Origin: Octopus sinensis | Taxonomy: Eukaryota | Assembly (NCBI RefSeq): GCF_006345805.1 | Contig: NC_042998.1 | Span: 33,542,001 to 33,606,000, forward strand | DNA length: 64,000 bases | Reading direction: 5' to 3' | In this document: piece by piece, positions 63,336 through 64,000 of the stretch | Numbering within the stretch: position 1 is the stretch's first letter | Layout: every line of letters starts with the position of its first letter | The notes under the pieces: model-generated | Database searches by the model: none | Told to the model about the DNA's origin: nothing | The model's input: only the letters and a program-made list of their open reading frames with translations | Position numbers and translations under genes: made by a program

Positions 63336-63720
63336 CGCAGGAGTGGCTGTGTGGTAAGTAGCTTGCTAACCAACCACATGGTTTCCGGTTCAGTCTCACT
63401 GCGTGGCATCTTGGGCAAGTGTCTTCTGCTATAGCCCCGGGCCGACCAATGCCTTTTGGGTGGATTTGGTAGACGGAAACTGAAAGAAGCCTGTCGTATG
63501 TATGTATATGTGTGTGTGTGTGTGTCTGTGTTTGTCTCCCCAATATCGCTTGACAACCGATGCTGGTGTGTTTACGTCCCCGTCACTTAGCGGTTCGGCA
63601 AAAGAGACCGATATAATAAGTACTGGGCTTACAATGAATAAGTCCCGGGGTCGATTTGCTCGACTAAAGGCGGTGCTCCAGCATGGCCGCAGTCAAATGA
63701 CTGAAACAAGTAAAAGAGTA
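63333..63720 (+). mobile_element. SINE family B, young subfamily
   Basis: Full consensus, between (TA)n tracts. Confidence 0.88.
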
Positions 63721-64000
63721 TATATATATATATATATATAATTTACCATTTGCCTGTTTCACACATTAGACTGCGGCCATACTGGAACACCACCATAAGG
63801 AATTTTTAGTTGAATAATTCGACCCCAGTACTTACACTTTTTAAGCCTGTTACTTATTCTATCGGTCATTTTTTTGCTGAACCGCTAAGTTACGGGCATA
63901 TAAGCTTACCGACACCGATTGGTGAGCGATTGGGAGTGAGGCAAGCGCAGACACACACACAGATATATATATTATATATATATATATATATATAGAGAGA

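Overview
Eukaryotic, AT-rich, extremely repeat-dense non-coding DNA (intronic or intergenic). The mix of tRNA-derived SINE families and (TATG)n/(TA)n/(CA)n microsatellites suggests an octopus or other coleoid cephalopod; this is inference from family recognition, not a database match. I found no intact host protein-coding gene. Most ORFs in the track are microsatellite artefacts ([12 protein letters not shown]) or SINE-derived. Recognisable content: four tRNA-derived SINE families (my labels A-D); CR1, RTE, L1/Tx1-like and restriction-like-endonuclease (REL) LINE fragments; Penelope-like elements; Tc1, mariner, hAT, pogo-like and Merlin-like DNA transposon remnants; non-autonomous Helitrons; a U6 pseudogene; and a 25 x 70-bp minisatellite. 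Highlights: (1) three sets of 5'-truncated non-LTR retrotransposons, each found stacked co-directionally in one microsatellite type: a REL family in (CATA)n, Dong/R4-like REL elements in (TAA)n, and a Tx1-like family in (AGAT)n; (2) a hammerhead ribozyme with an intact core at a Penelope 3' end; (3) a probable U6-SINE chimeric retrocopy with a shared target-site duplication (TSD); (4) SINE multimers integrated as one unit; (5) two locally templated rearrangements with microhomology. All coordinates were read by eye, and repeat boundaries are approximate.
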